Sequence record: SRR2962707_2232
Direction: 5' to 3' (one strand)
Length of the DNA stretch: 64,000 bases
Shown here: positions 9,922 through 18,350 of the stretch, in pieces
How positions within the stretch are numbered: the stretch's first letter is position 1
Layout of the letters: every line of letters begins with the position of its first letter
The notes under the pieces: generated by a model
Database searches by the model: none
The model's input: only the letters and a program-made list of their open reading frames with translations
What the model was told of the DNA's origin: nothing
Position numbers and translations under genes: made by a program

Positions 9922-10583
9922 TATTTAAGCGATTTGAGACGTTTTTGTAGCTGATCAATTTCCGCTTGCATTCGCTCTAATTCATCTTGGCGGCTTTTAT
10001 CCTCTGCTAAATGACTAACTTCGTCAGATTTTTGATCATCGGTGCTTGAAGGGGCGACCGTCTCGTTCATCGCGCCGATCATTTGCCAAGATTTTTTGAA
10101 AAGTTCCATATTCTGGCGTGCAATGCTCTGACTGAAATCCATCATGGCCTGCGCATTGCGGTTCACAACCGAGCCCATGGCCTCAGACATCCGATTTTTC
10201 TCTGAGAAAAACAGATTCATCGATTCTGTTAGATAGTCGGGTACCATCGCTGCATAGGTATCGCCATACATGCTGATAAGCTGCTTTTGAACTTCTAGCG
10301 TCAAATGGTAGTCGCGCGGCTTAACTTCCCGCTCAAAGATAATTTGATTGAGTATGCTGCGAGTAATGTCTTCGCCCGTTTTTTGGTCGATAATGACAAA
10401 GGCGGTGTTGGCTTTGATAAGCTCAACGATGTCATCGAGCACGATATAAGCGCTCGACGCTGTGTTGTAGAGCCGACGATTGGGATATTTCTTGATTAGG
10501 ATTGAATCTGGGTCAATCGCCGGTGTTTGAGCATCATTTCGCTTCGCTCCTTTTGCAGGTGTTTTTCTAAGCGAGTTTGGCAT
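9921..10583 (-). CDS. phaR: Polyhydroxyalkanoate synthesis repressor PhaR
   Basis: IKKYPNRRLYNTASSAYIVLDDI...DQKTGEDITRSILNQIIFE DNA-binding domain, VPDYLTESM accumulation domain, C-terminal coiled coil. Confidence 0.93.
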   Translation of the reverse strand: MPNSLRKTPAKGAKRNDAQTPAIDPDSILIKKYPNRRLYNTASSAYIVLDDIVELIKANTAFVIIDQKTGEDITRSILNQIIFEREVKPRDYHLTLEVQKQLISMYGDTYAAMVPDYLTESMNLFFSEKNRMSEAMGSVVNRNAQAMMDFSQSIARQNMELFKKSWQMIGAMNETVAPSSTDDQKSDEVSHLAEDKSRQDELERMQAEIDQLQKRLKSLK

Positions 10584-10602
10584 TTATTCCCTCAATGCAT
10601 GT

Positions 10603-10674
10603 TGCGGCGCACAATATGTATAAAAACCTAGAGCATTTAGTGCTGGAATTCTACATAAATGTTGCGCCGCACAA
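10603..10674. promoter_or_regulatory. Two PhaR-type operators upstream of phaR
   Basis: TGCGGCGCACAA (10603-10614) and TGCGCCGCACAA (10663-10674), exactly 60 bp apart. Both fit the TGC-N3-GCA / TGCRNYGCASMA PhaR motif. Confidence 0.7.
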
Positions 10675-10690
10675 CAAAAATATTCCAACG

Positions 10691-10727
10691 AAAAACCGCT
10701 GGTCAGAGTGATCTGGACCAGCGGTTT
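10691..10727 (-). terminator. Rho-independent terminator of the phasin gene
   Basis: AAACCGCTGGTC...GACCAGCGGTTT inverted repeat; on the minus strand the hairpin is followed by TTTTT. Confidence 0.75.
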
Positions 10728-10756
10728 AAAACTTTAACATTTATACTAAGAAAAGC

Positions 10757-11140
10757 TTAGAATGTTACAGCGAAGCCTTTTGTGTAAGCTGCGCGGCCAG
10801 CGTCTGTTGTATCTTTCATTGCTTTAGTTGAAAGCTCAGCAACAGTTTTTGACTGCTCCATCATACGCTCAGCGCTTGCTGCTGCTGTTGATGTTGCTAC
10901 TTTGTAGAATTCAGCTGCGTCTTTAGTTTTGTTAAGTGCTTTAACACCGTCAAAAGCTGCTGCTACGTTAGCAAGGTAGTTGTCGTACATTTTTTTAGCG
11001 ACAACTTCACCGCTTTTCATTACAGCGCTGTTGAATTCAACCATGCTTTCGAAAGCTTTTTCTGTGCTCGCGATTTGCTTTGTTGCGAATTCTTGTGTTT
11101 TTTCCATTGTTTCTTTTACTTCGGCTTTAGCTGCAGACAT
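10757..11140 (-). CDS. phaP: Phasin (PHA granule-associated protein)
   Basis: 127 aa, Ala/Lys/Thr-rich, helical (NVAAAFDGVKALNKTKDAAEFYKV...MEQSK). AGGAG RBS, own terminator, next to phaR and PhaR boxes. Confidence 0.82.
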   Translation of the reverse strand: MSAAKAEVKETMEKTQEFATKQIASTEKAFESMVEFNSAVMKSGEVVAKKMYDNYLANVAAAFDGVKALNKTKDAAEFYKVATSTAAASAERMMEQSKTVAELSTKAMKDTTDAGRAAYTKGFAVTF

Positions 11141-11230
11141 TTTTGATCTCCTGATCATTGGTTGCGGGGGTACGCATTACTTGCTGTAAGGTTCTTGGGA
11201 GGACCTCTTTCGTTATTAATAGCAGATTTT

Positions 11231-11338
11231 TTGTGCATTGCAACAGAAAATATTGCACTGCACCATTTTTGGCTCGGAATTGATGTTTTACTGGATGCCA
11301 ACTATCTGATAATTCTGCGTTTTTGTGGCGCTGCACAA
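11231..11338. promoter_or_regulatory. PhaR-type operators in the divergent phaP / PHA-operon intergenic region
   Basis: TTGTGCATTGCA (11231-11242; reverse complement TGCAATGCACAA), TGCACTGCACCA (11254-11265), and imperfect TTGTGGCGCTGCACAA (11323-11338). Confidence 0.65.
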
Positions 11339-11524
11339 ATTTAATTTATTTGACAATGAGCCCATTATGTATTCGTCTGTCATTACAGTCACACTGAAAA
11401 ATGTAAGTGTGACATGGGCGCTAAGATTCGGATTCACTCGTTTGTTGGTCGCAAAGATCAAGGTGAAGTTTTCTTAGGGTCAGGAGTGGAATTAATCGAG
11501 TTCTAAGCACAACGGGAACACAAT

Positions 11525-13177
11525 ATGACAAATACGATGAATGCAGCTCAACTCTTGGTGAAATGCTTAGAAAATGAAGGTGTAGAATATATTTTTGGTA
11601 TTCCCGGCGAAGAAAACATTGCCGTAATGGATGCGCTTCTCGATAGTCCCATTAAATTTATTATTACGCGCCATGAGCAAGCGGCAGCGTTTATGGCTGA
11701 TGTTTATGGCCGATTGACCGGCCGCGCTGGCGTATGCATGTCAACGCTAGGACCTGGCGCGACAAACTTGGTGACCGGCGTTGCTGACGGTAATATGGAC
11801 CGCGCGCCGATGGTAGCGATTGCAGGGCAGGGCGCGACGACACGTATGCATAAGGAGAGCCATCAGGTTCTCAACTTGGTCAATTTGTTTGATCCGATCA
11901 CTAAATATAGCGTTCAGATACGCGAACCTGAAATTGTGCCAGAAATTGTCCGCAAAGCGTTCAAATTTGCACAGGCTGAAAAGCCCGGCGCTTCGTTTAT
12001 CGATTTTCCTGAGAACATTGCCGACATGGAAGTCGGAGATGCCATTCCGCTTCGTGTGCAATCGCCAACAATGCCAACAGCGGCTGTTGGTAAATGTGGG
12101 CAGGCGGCGAGCGTTATCAGCGCTGCGAAAAATCCTATCATCATCGCGGGCAATGGCATTATTAGAAATGGAGCCTCACAGGCGCTTGTTGATTTTGCCG
12201 AAGAAATCAACGCGCCGGTGGCAACAACCTTTATGGCCAAGGGCGTTATGCCTTCTTCGCACCCTCTAAGCCTTGGTACAGTTGGCCTTAAAGCGCATGA
12301 TTTGGTTGCCTTTGGTATTGATGAGGCCGATCTGGTTATCTGCGTTGGCTATGACATGGTTGAATATGACCCTGCCTTCTGGAACGGTAAGCGTGATAAG
12401 ATCATCATTCATGTGGATGCGACGCCTGCTGAGGTGGATGCCAATTACATCGTTGAATTGGGCGTTATTGGCGATTTGAAAGATTCATTGAAACGCATTT
12501 CAGCGCGTTGTGAACGCTCGCCGAATAAGCCGATGGCTAAATTGCGCGAAAAAATCGTCAAAGAGTTGACTAAACATGCTGACGATACGGGCTATCCGGT
12601 TAAACCACAAAAAATCATTTGCGATATTCGCAAGGTGCTTAATCCAGAAGACATCGTGATTTCCGATGTAGGCGCCCATAAAATGTGGATGGCGCGCATG
12701 TACCAAGCCGAACGGCCGAACACTTGCATCATCTCTAACGGCTTTGCTTCTATGGGTATTGCGCTACCGGGCGCTATTGCGGCCAAATTGGTTTATCCTG
12801 AGCGTAATATTCTGGCGGTTGCTGGCGATTCCGGCTTCATGATGAACAGCCAAGAAATTGAAACGGCTGTACGTCTTGGTCTCAATATTACTGTCATCAT
12901 CTTCAATGATAACAAATATGGCCTCATCGAATGGCATCAGCTTCGCCATTATGGACGCAAGAGCCATATTGATGTGACCAATCCTGATTTTAAAATGTTT
13001 GCAGAAAGCTTCGGCGCGAAGGGCTATAAAGTCGAGAGCGCAGACCAGTTGCAAGGCATTTTGGAAACTGCACTTAATGACGGAACTGTTTCTATTATTG
13101 ATTGTCCTGTGGACTACTCGGAGAACATGAAGTTAACTGAGCGTCTCAAGGCAATGAAATCCATAGATCAGGAATAA
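11525..13177 (+). CDS. ThDP-dependent enzyme of the acetolactate synthase large-subunit family; OgdA-like, putative 2-oxoglutarate decarboxylase
   Basis: RHEQ catalytic Glu and GDSGFMMN...FNDNKYG ThDP motif. LENEGVEYIFGIPGEEN, MHKESHQ, PVKPQKII, ISDVGAHKMWMAR and RPNTCIISNGFASMG track my recollection of the cyanobacterial OgdA subfamily. No ilvH or ilvC nearby. Confidence 0.75.
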   Translation: MTNTMNAAQLLVKCLENEGVEYIFGIPGEENIAVMDALLDSPIKFIITRHEQAAAFMADVYGRLTGRAGVCMSTLGPGATNLVTGVADGNMDRAPMVAIAGQGATTRMHKESHQVLNLVNLFDPITKYSVQIREPEIVPEIVRKAFKFAQAEKPGASFIDFPENIADMEVGDAIPLRVQSPTMPTAAVGKCGQAASVISAAKNPIIIAGNGIIRNGASQALVDFAEEINAPVATTFMAKGVMPSSHPLSLGTVGLKAHDLVAFGIDEADLVICVGYDMVEYDPAFWNGKRDKIIIHVDATPAEVDANYIVELGVIGDLKDSLKRISARCERSPNKPMAKLREKIVKELTKHADDTGYPVKPQKIICDIRKVLNPEDIVISDVGAHKMWMARMYQAERPNTCIISNGFASMGIALPGAIAAKLVYPERNILAVAGDSGFMMNSQEIETAVRLGLNITVIIFNDNKYGLIEWHQLRHYGRKSHIDVTNPDFKMFAESFGAKGYKVESADQLQGILETALNDGTVSIIDCPVDYSENMKLTERLKAMKSIDQE

Positions 13178-13183
13178 TTAAAA

Positions 13184-14338
13184 ATGCAGTCATTTCAGTT
13201 TCAGACTACTAAATCTATCCTATGCGAAGTCGGTGCAACAGCAAAAATCGGCGAAATCATGGCCGCGATGGGCTGTAAGAAAATTGCCTTTGTTACCGAT
13301 AAAATGATCCTTGATCTTGGCTTGGCGAACGCCGCACTTGAAGGCTTTAAAAAAGCAAATCTTGGCGTGCATATCATTGATGAAGTTGTTGCTGATCCGC
13401 CAGAAGCGATGATTTTGAAAGCCGTTGAGGACGCTAAACGAGAAGGCGTTGACGGCGTTGTATCTGTTGGCGGCGGCTCGTCGCTTGATACGGCTAAACT
13501 GATTGCTGTTTTGGTCAATTCAAAGCAGCAAATCAGCGAAATGTATGGTGTGGGTCTCGTAACTGGAAGTCGTTTGCCACTCGTTTTGGCGCCAACAACA
13601 GCGGGCACCGGTTCTGAAGTGACGCCGATCTCGATTGTGACAACGGGCACAAATGAGAAAAAAGGTGTTGTATCACCGCAGCTATTGCCAGACTGGGCGA
13701 TTTTGGATGCTGAACTAACCGTTGGGCTTCCAGCCCATGTGACGGCAGCGACCGGCATTGACGCGATGGTGCATGCGATTGAAGCCTACACATCGAAATT
13801 TAAGAAGAACATTGTGTCTGACACATTGGCGCGTCAGGCATTAGAATTGCTGGGCGGGAATATCCACACGGCTTGTACCAAAGGTGATGACCGCGAGGCG
13901 CGTTCAAACATGCTGCTTGGCTCAATGCTTGCGGGTATGGCCTTTGCAAACGCACCTGTGGCGGCCGTTCATGCGCTTGCTTATCCGCTTGGCGGCCATT
14001 TCCACGTGCCGCACGGCCTGTCGAACGCCTTGGTTTTGCCATACGTGCTTGATTTTAATATGAGCGAAGCCTCTGCGCTTTACGCTGAGATTGGCCCGAT
14101 TATTTTCCCGCACTTGGCTGGAAAATCAGCAGCAGATATCGGTGCTGGCATGGTCGAAGGCTTTAAAGCGATGGGACCTGAGCTTGGTATGAAAAGCAAA
14201 CTTTCTGAGGTTGGCGTCAACCATAATAATCTACCTATGTTGGCCGAAGACGCCATGAAACAAACCCGTTTGCTGGTCAATAATCCACGTGAAATGACTT
14301 ACGAGACGGCGCTCGAGATCTACACACAAGCGCTATAA
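13184..14338 (+). CDS. Iron-containing alcohol dehydrogenase, omega-hydroxyacid (BlcB/AttL, 5-hydroxyvalerate dehydrogenase-like) subfamily
   Basis: GGGSSLD, PTTAGTGSEVTPISIVTTG, TAATGIDAMVHAIEAYTSK, APVAAVHALAYPLGGHFHVPHGLSNA (Fe ligands), DAMKQTRLLVNNP. Confidence 0.8.
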   Translation: MQSFQFQTTKSILCEVGATAKIGEIMAAMGCKKIAFVTDKMILDLGLANAALEGFKKANLGVHIIDEVVADPPEAMILKAVEDAKREGVDGVVSVGGGSSLDTAKLIAVLVNSKQQISEMYGVGLVTGSRLPLVLAPTTAGTGSEVTPISIVTTGTNEKKGVVSPQLLPDWAILDAELTVGLPAHVTAATGIDAMVHAIEAYTSKFKKNIVSDTLARQALELLGGNIHTACTKGDDREARSNMLLGSMLAGMAFANAPVAAVHALAYPLGGHFHVPHGLSNALVLPYVLDFNMSEASALYAEIGPIIFPHLAGKSAADIGAGMVEGFKAMGPELGMKSKLSEVGVNHNNLPMLAEDAMKQTRLLVNNPREMTYETALEIYTQAL

Positions 14339-14368
14339 ATTTGTGATTAGCAAAGTTGGGAGACGATA

Positions 14369-15172
14369 ATGGCTGACAAAGACAACTTCGAGCAAATGAT
14401 GGACATCTGGAGTGAAGGCCAGGCAAGTTTTTTCAAAGCGCAGCAAGAAGTAATTAAGGGCTTTGAAAAGTCATTATCGTCATTCGGCGGCGCGACAAGT
14501 TCAAATCCGATGGCCGATTCGATGGCAACATCAATGGCCAGTTGGCAGAGCTTTATAAAATCTTGGGCGCCTGATTGGGACCCAAGCTCTATGATGATGA
14601 ACAACGATAACTCACAAATGTTCACGCGGGGCCGTGATGCCTTTATGGCGATGTTTGATCCGGCCAATTGGACGAATTATGCACCAGAGCAATTGCGCAT
14701 TATCTTGCAGAGTATTTCGCAAGGACCGCAATTTGCCGATATTGCAATGCCGCAGATTGATGCTGCTGAAGCTTGGCGCGAAACGCTGGATTATCAGCAA
14801 GCCTCCATTGCGATGGCAAAAGTGTTGCAAGACGCATGGGCACGCACTTTTGAGCGTTATTCAGAAAAATATACGCTTGATGATCTGCGCTCTGGCAATG
14901 TGAAAGAAGCGCTGGATGAATGGCTGAAAGCGGCCAATGCTGAGTTGCTTGAAACACAGCGCACACAAGCCTTTATGGATGCACAGCGCGGTATGCTGCG
15001 TGCTTCGATGGAAATAAAAGCGCGGCAGCGCGAGACGGCTGAAGCGTGGAGCGATGCTTATCAAATGCCAACGCGCACAGAAATTGATGATCTTGCAAAG
15101 ACGGTTCATGAAATGCGCCGTGAAATGCGGATATTGAAACGTCAGGTAGCGTCGATGAAGGTGGGCAAATAA
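14369..15172 (+). CDS. phaE: Class III PHA synthase subunit PhaE
   Basis: Helical protein ending WLKAANAELLETQRTQAFM...MPTRTEIDDLAKTVHEMRREMR, typical of the PhaE C-terminus; directly upstream of phaC. Confidence 0.85.
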   Translation: MADKDNFEQMMDIWSEGQASFFKAQQEVIKGFEKSLSSFGGATSSNPMADSMATSMASWQSFIKSWAPDWDPSSMMMNNDNSQMFTRGRDAFMAMFDPANWTNYAPEQLRIILQSISQGPQFADIAMPQIDAAEAWRETLDYQQASIAMAKVLQDAWARTFERYSEKYTLDDLRSGNVKEALDEWLKAANAELLETQRTQAFMDAQRGMLRASMEIKARQRETAEAWSDAYQMPTRTEIDDLAKTVHEMRREMRILKRQVASMKVGK

Positions 15173-15176
15173 AGTG

Positions 15177-16376
15177 ATGCCAGTGCGTAGAGATAAATCT
15201 GGCAAACCCATTAGTTCAATGGAAGCCGCGGGCGAGGCGTGGACGCTTGCTTGGAAACAAATGATGGATATTGGGCAGCAGTCTGTCCGCTCAAATTTGT
15301 TTCTCAATGATATTACCAATGGTGAAGTTGAGATTGCTGAAACACCGTCTGATGTGGTGTTTCAGATCGATAAGGTGCGTGTGTCGCGCTACCGGCCATT
15401 GGCTGCGCCCAACAAAGATGCCGACCCTATATTGATTTGCTATGGTCTTTTTGGTCGTCAAACAATGATCGACCTGCAAGAAGATCGCTCGCTTGTGCGC
15501 AATTTGTTGATGGCAGGCATTGATGTCTATGTGGTTGATTGGGGCAATCCTACACGGGCCGATCAATATCTGACATTTGACGATTACATCGACCTTTACC
15601 TTGGCTCTTGTGTCGAGCATTTGGTGGAAGCCAATGGCGGCAAACCCATTCGCATGTTTGGCATTTGCGAGGGCGGCACATTTTCAACCGCGCTTGCAGC
15701 CATGCGGCCTGAACTGTTTTCAGGCCTTGCGCTGGCGATTACGCCAATTGATTTTGAAGGCAAGCCGGATGAGTTTTGGGCTGGCGAAGGTTTTTTGAAC
15801 TCATGGTTCCAGAACTTGACCGAAGACGATGTGAATTTGGTTATTGATACGCTGGGCATGTTACCGGGCGCGATGACGGGCGCAGTGTTCTCTTCGCTTT
15901 CGCCGGTAAATAGCATGACGAAGTATAATGTCGGCTTAGCGAAGCTCGATGGCAATCATGATGCGATGCTCAACTTTTTGCGTATGGAAAAGTGGATTGC
16001 TGATCGCCCTGACCACCCAGGCGAAGCTGCGCGACAATGGATCAACCAGCTTTACCGCGAAAACCAATTGGTGAAGGGTGAATTTGTTGTCAGTGGCGAG
16101 AAGATTGATCTAACCAAAATCGCCTGTCCGGTTTTAAACATCTTTGCTGAGCAAGATCATATCGTGCCGGTAAGTTGTTCTAAAGCGCTGGGCGACTATG
16201 TTGATACTAAGCTTTATGAGGAAATTGGGTTTCCAGGCGGTCATGTGGGAGTGTTCGTCAGTCGCAAAGCGCAAGGCGTTGTGGCCGATGGATTGATTGA
16301 CTGGATGACACGCACGACCAAAGCGCCAGCGCGTGCCAAGGCAAGTCCGCGGAAAAAGCCAGCAGCTACAAAGTAA
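15177..16376 (+). CDS. phaC: Class III PHA synthase subunit PhaC
   Basis: About 400 aa. TPSDVVFQIDKVRVSRY, DLQEDRSLVRNLL..GIDVYVVDWG, lipase box GICEGG, NFLRMEKWIADRPDHPGEA, catalytic Asp (EQDHIV) and His (GGHVG). Alternative GTG start at 15174. Confidence 0.92.
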   Translation: MPVRRDKSGKPISSMEAAGEAWTLAWKQMMDIGQQSVRSNLFLNDITNGEVEIAETPSDVVFQIDKVRVSRYRPLAAPNKDADPILICYGLFGRQTMIDLQEDRSLVRNLLMAGIDVYVVDWGNPTRADQYLTFDDYIDLYLGSCVEHLVEANGGKPIRMFGICEGGTFSTALAAMRPELFSGLALAITPIDFEGKPDEFWAGEGFLNSWFQNLTEDDVNLVIDTLGMLPGAMTGAVFSSLSPVNSMTKYNVGLAKLDGNHDAMLNFLRMEKWIADRPDHPGEAARQWINQLYRENQLVKGEFVVSGEKIDLTKIACPVLNIFAEQDHIVPVSCSKALGDYVDTKLYEEIGFPGGHVGVFVSRKAQGVVADGLIDWMTRTTKAPARAKASPRKKPAATK

Positions 16377-16399
16377 TTTAAGCGGAGGAATAATAGGCC

Positions 16400-18340
16400 A
16401 TGGTCGACAAAGTTGTACGCTTGGAGGATGCAATCGCCACAATCGCTGATGGTGATACTGTTTGCGTATCGGGCTTTGTTGGCATTGGCACACCAGAATG
16501 TTTGTTGCGTGGATTGCAAAAGCGTTATTTGTCTCACGCATCTCCGAAAAATATATCGCTACTTTTTGCGGCCGCCCCCGGTGACGGCAAAGAGCGCGGC
16601 CTCAACCGTCTGGCGATTCCAGGTTTGGTAAAGCGGGCCATTGGTGGGCATTGGTCTTTAGTGCCTAAGCTTGGCGCGATGGCAATGCGCAATGAAATTG
16701 AAGCCTATAATTTACCGCTTGGCTGCATATCGCAGCTTTACCGCGATATTGCGGGCGGCAAGCCCGGCATGTTTTCAAAAGTTGGCTTGCGCACATTCGT
16801 CGATCCACGCCAATCAGGCGGTGCTATCAATGAATGCACGACCAAGCCGCTTGTTGAACTAAAAGAGCTTAATGGCGAAGAATGGCTATTCTATCATTCG
16901 GTGCCCGTTGACGTAGCGCTTATTCGCGGCACTACAGCTGATAGCCACGGCAATATCACCATGGAGCGCGAGGCGCTGACCTTGGATATGTTGCCGATAG
17001 CGATGGCCGCAAAAAACTCTGGCGGTTTGGTCATTGCACAAGTTGAGCGGATCGCAGCGGTTGGTTCGCTTGATCCTAAACAGGTGGTTGTGCCTGGCAA
17101 TTTGGTTGATTGCATCGTGATCTCCGAGCCTGATGAACATCAGCAAACCTATGCGTCCGCCTATCAGCATAGTTTTACCGGTCGCATGCGCGCAGACATT
17201 AAAAATGTTCAGCCTATGGAATTAAATGAGCGCAAGATTATTGCGCGGCGTGCGGCGATGGAATTGCCGGTCAATGGTGTCGTCAATTTGGGTATTGGGA
17301 TGCCGGAAGGTGTTTCGGCGGTAGCCAATGAAGAGGGCATTATCAACAATATCACGCTGACAACAGAAGCGGGTGTGTTTGGCGGTGTTCCGCAGTCTGG
17401 GCTTGATTTTGGCGCTGCGATTAATGCCGATGCGATTATTCAGACCAATCAGCAATTTGATTTTTATGATGGCGGCGGCTTGGACCTCGCTTGCCTTGGC
17501 ATGGCGGAAGCCGATCAAAACGGCGATGTAAATGTGAGCCGGTTTAAAGATCGGTTTGCCGGCGCTGGTGGATTTATCAATATTTCGCAAAATGCACGCA
17601 AAGTTATTTTTGTCGGCACCTTCACGGCTGGCGGTTTGAAAATACAAGTTGCCAACGGGCAGATGAGTATTTTGCAAGAAGGGCGCAATCGCAAATTTAT
17701 CGATAAGGTGGAGCAGATCACTTTTAACGGCCGTTATGCCGCCGAGCAGAACAAAGAAGTGCTTTATGTCACGGAACGCTGTGTTTTCCGCCTAACGGAT
17801 AATGGCCTGAAACTTGCAGAAGTTGCGCCGGGCATTGATATAGAAAAAGACATTCTTCAGCAGATGGATTTTAAACCGATTGTTGACGATCCTTGTCTGA
17901 TGGATCTGCGTATTTTCCAAGACAAGCGTATGAATTTGCGCAGCCAGCTTTTGGATATGCCGCTTAAAAACCGCTTGGTTTATGACAAGCAGCAAAACAT
18001 TGTGTTTGTGAATTTGAGCGGATTGCTGATTGAAAATGAAGAAGACTTGGCGGCTTTCGATAAGGGGCTAAATGAGTTTTTCTCCTCGCTCGAAACGCGC
18101 GTAAATCTTATTTCAAACTATGATGGCATTTCAGTTTCACCGCATATGGCGCCTAAATTTGCCAATGTGTTGGGGCAGTTGGAATATGATTATTATCTGA
18201 CCGCGACCCGCTACACGACAAGCGCCTTTTTGCGCAAGAAATTGGGTGAAGACCTTAAAACGCGCTCTATAGCGCCGCATATCTTTGAAACGCGCAAAGA
18301 AGCGGCCGACTATGTGTTGGCCAACCGTTCAGATCGGTAA
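16400..18340 (+). CDS. Family I acyl-CoA transferase (YdiF/Pct-type, fused alpha-beta) with an extra C-terminal domain
   Basis: IGGHWSLVP, AYNLPLGCISQLYRDIA, KVGLRTFVDPR, VNLGIGMPEGV, catalytic Glu in TTEAGVFGG, QQFDFYDGGGLD, GAGGFINISQNA. Roughly 125-130 residues extend past the usual end. Confidence 0.88.
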   Translation: MVDKVVRLEDAIATIADGDTVCVSGFVGIGTPECLLRGLQKRYLSHASPKNISLLFAAAPGDGKERGLNRLAIPGLVKRAIGGHWSLVPKLGAMAMRNEIEAYNLPLGCISQLYRDIAGGKPGMFSKVGLRTFVDPRQSGGAINECTTKPLVELKELNGEEWLFYHSVPVDVALIRGTTADSHGNITMEREALTLDMLPIAMAAKNSGGLVIAQVERIAAVGSLDPKQVVVPGNLVDCIVISEPDEHQQTYASAYQHSFTGRMRADIKNVQPMELNERKIIARRAAMELPVNGVVNLGIGMPEGVSAVANEEGIINNITLTTEAGVFGGVPQSGLDFGAAINADAIIQTNQQFDFYDGGGLDLACLGMAEADQNGDVNVSRFKDRFAGAGGFINISQNARKVIFVGTFTAGGLKIQVANGQMSILQEGRNRKFIDKVEQITFNGRYAAEQNKEVLYVTERCVFRLTDNGLKLAEVAPGIDIEKDILQQMDFKPIVDDPCLMDLRIFQDKRMNLRSQLLDMPLKNRLVYDKQQNIVFVNLSGLLIENEEDLAAFDKGLNEFFSSLETRVNLISNYDGISVSPHMAPKFANVLGQLEYDYYLTATRYTTSAFLRKKLGEDLKTRSIAPHIFETRKEAADYVLANRSDR

Positions 18341-18350
18341 AATACCAAAT

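Noticed and set aside
10599-10674. 16-bp direct repeat as a CRISPR remnant or insertion target-site duplication
   Set aside because: Only two copies, no cas or transposase genes, and it matches the PhaR operator motif.
11525-13177. Calling this gene ilvB/ilvI for branched-chain amino acid synthesis
   Set aside because: No small subunit, ilvC or leader peptide nearby; motifs and context fit the OgdA-like subfamily better.
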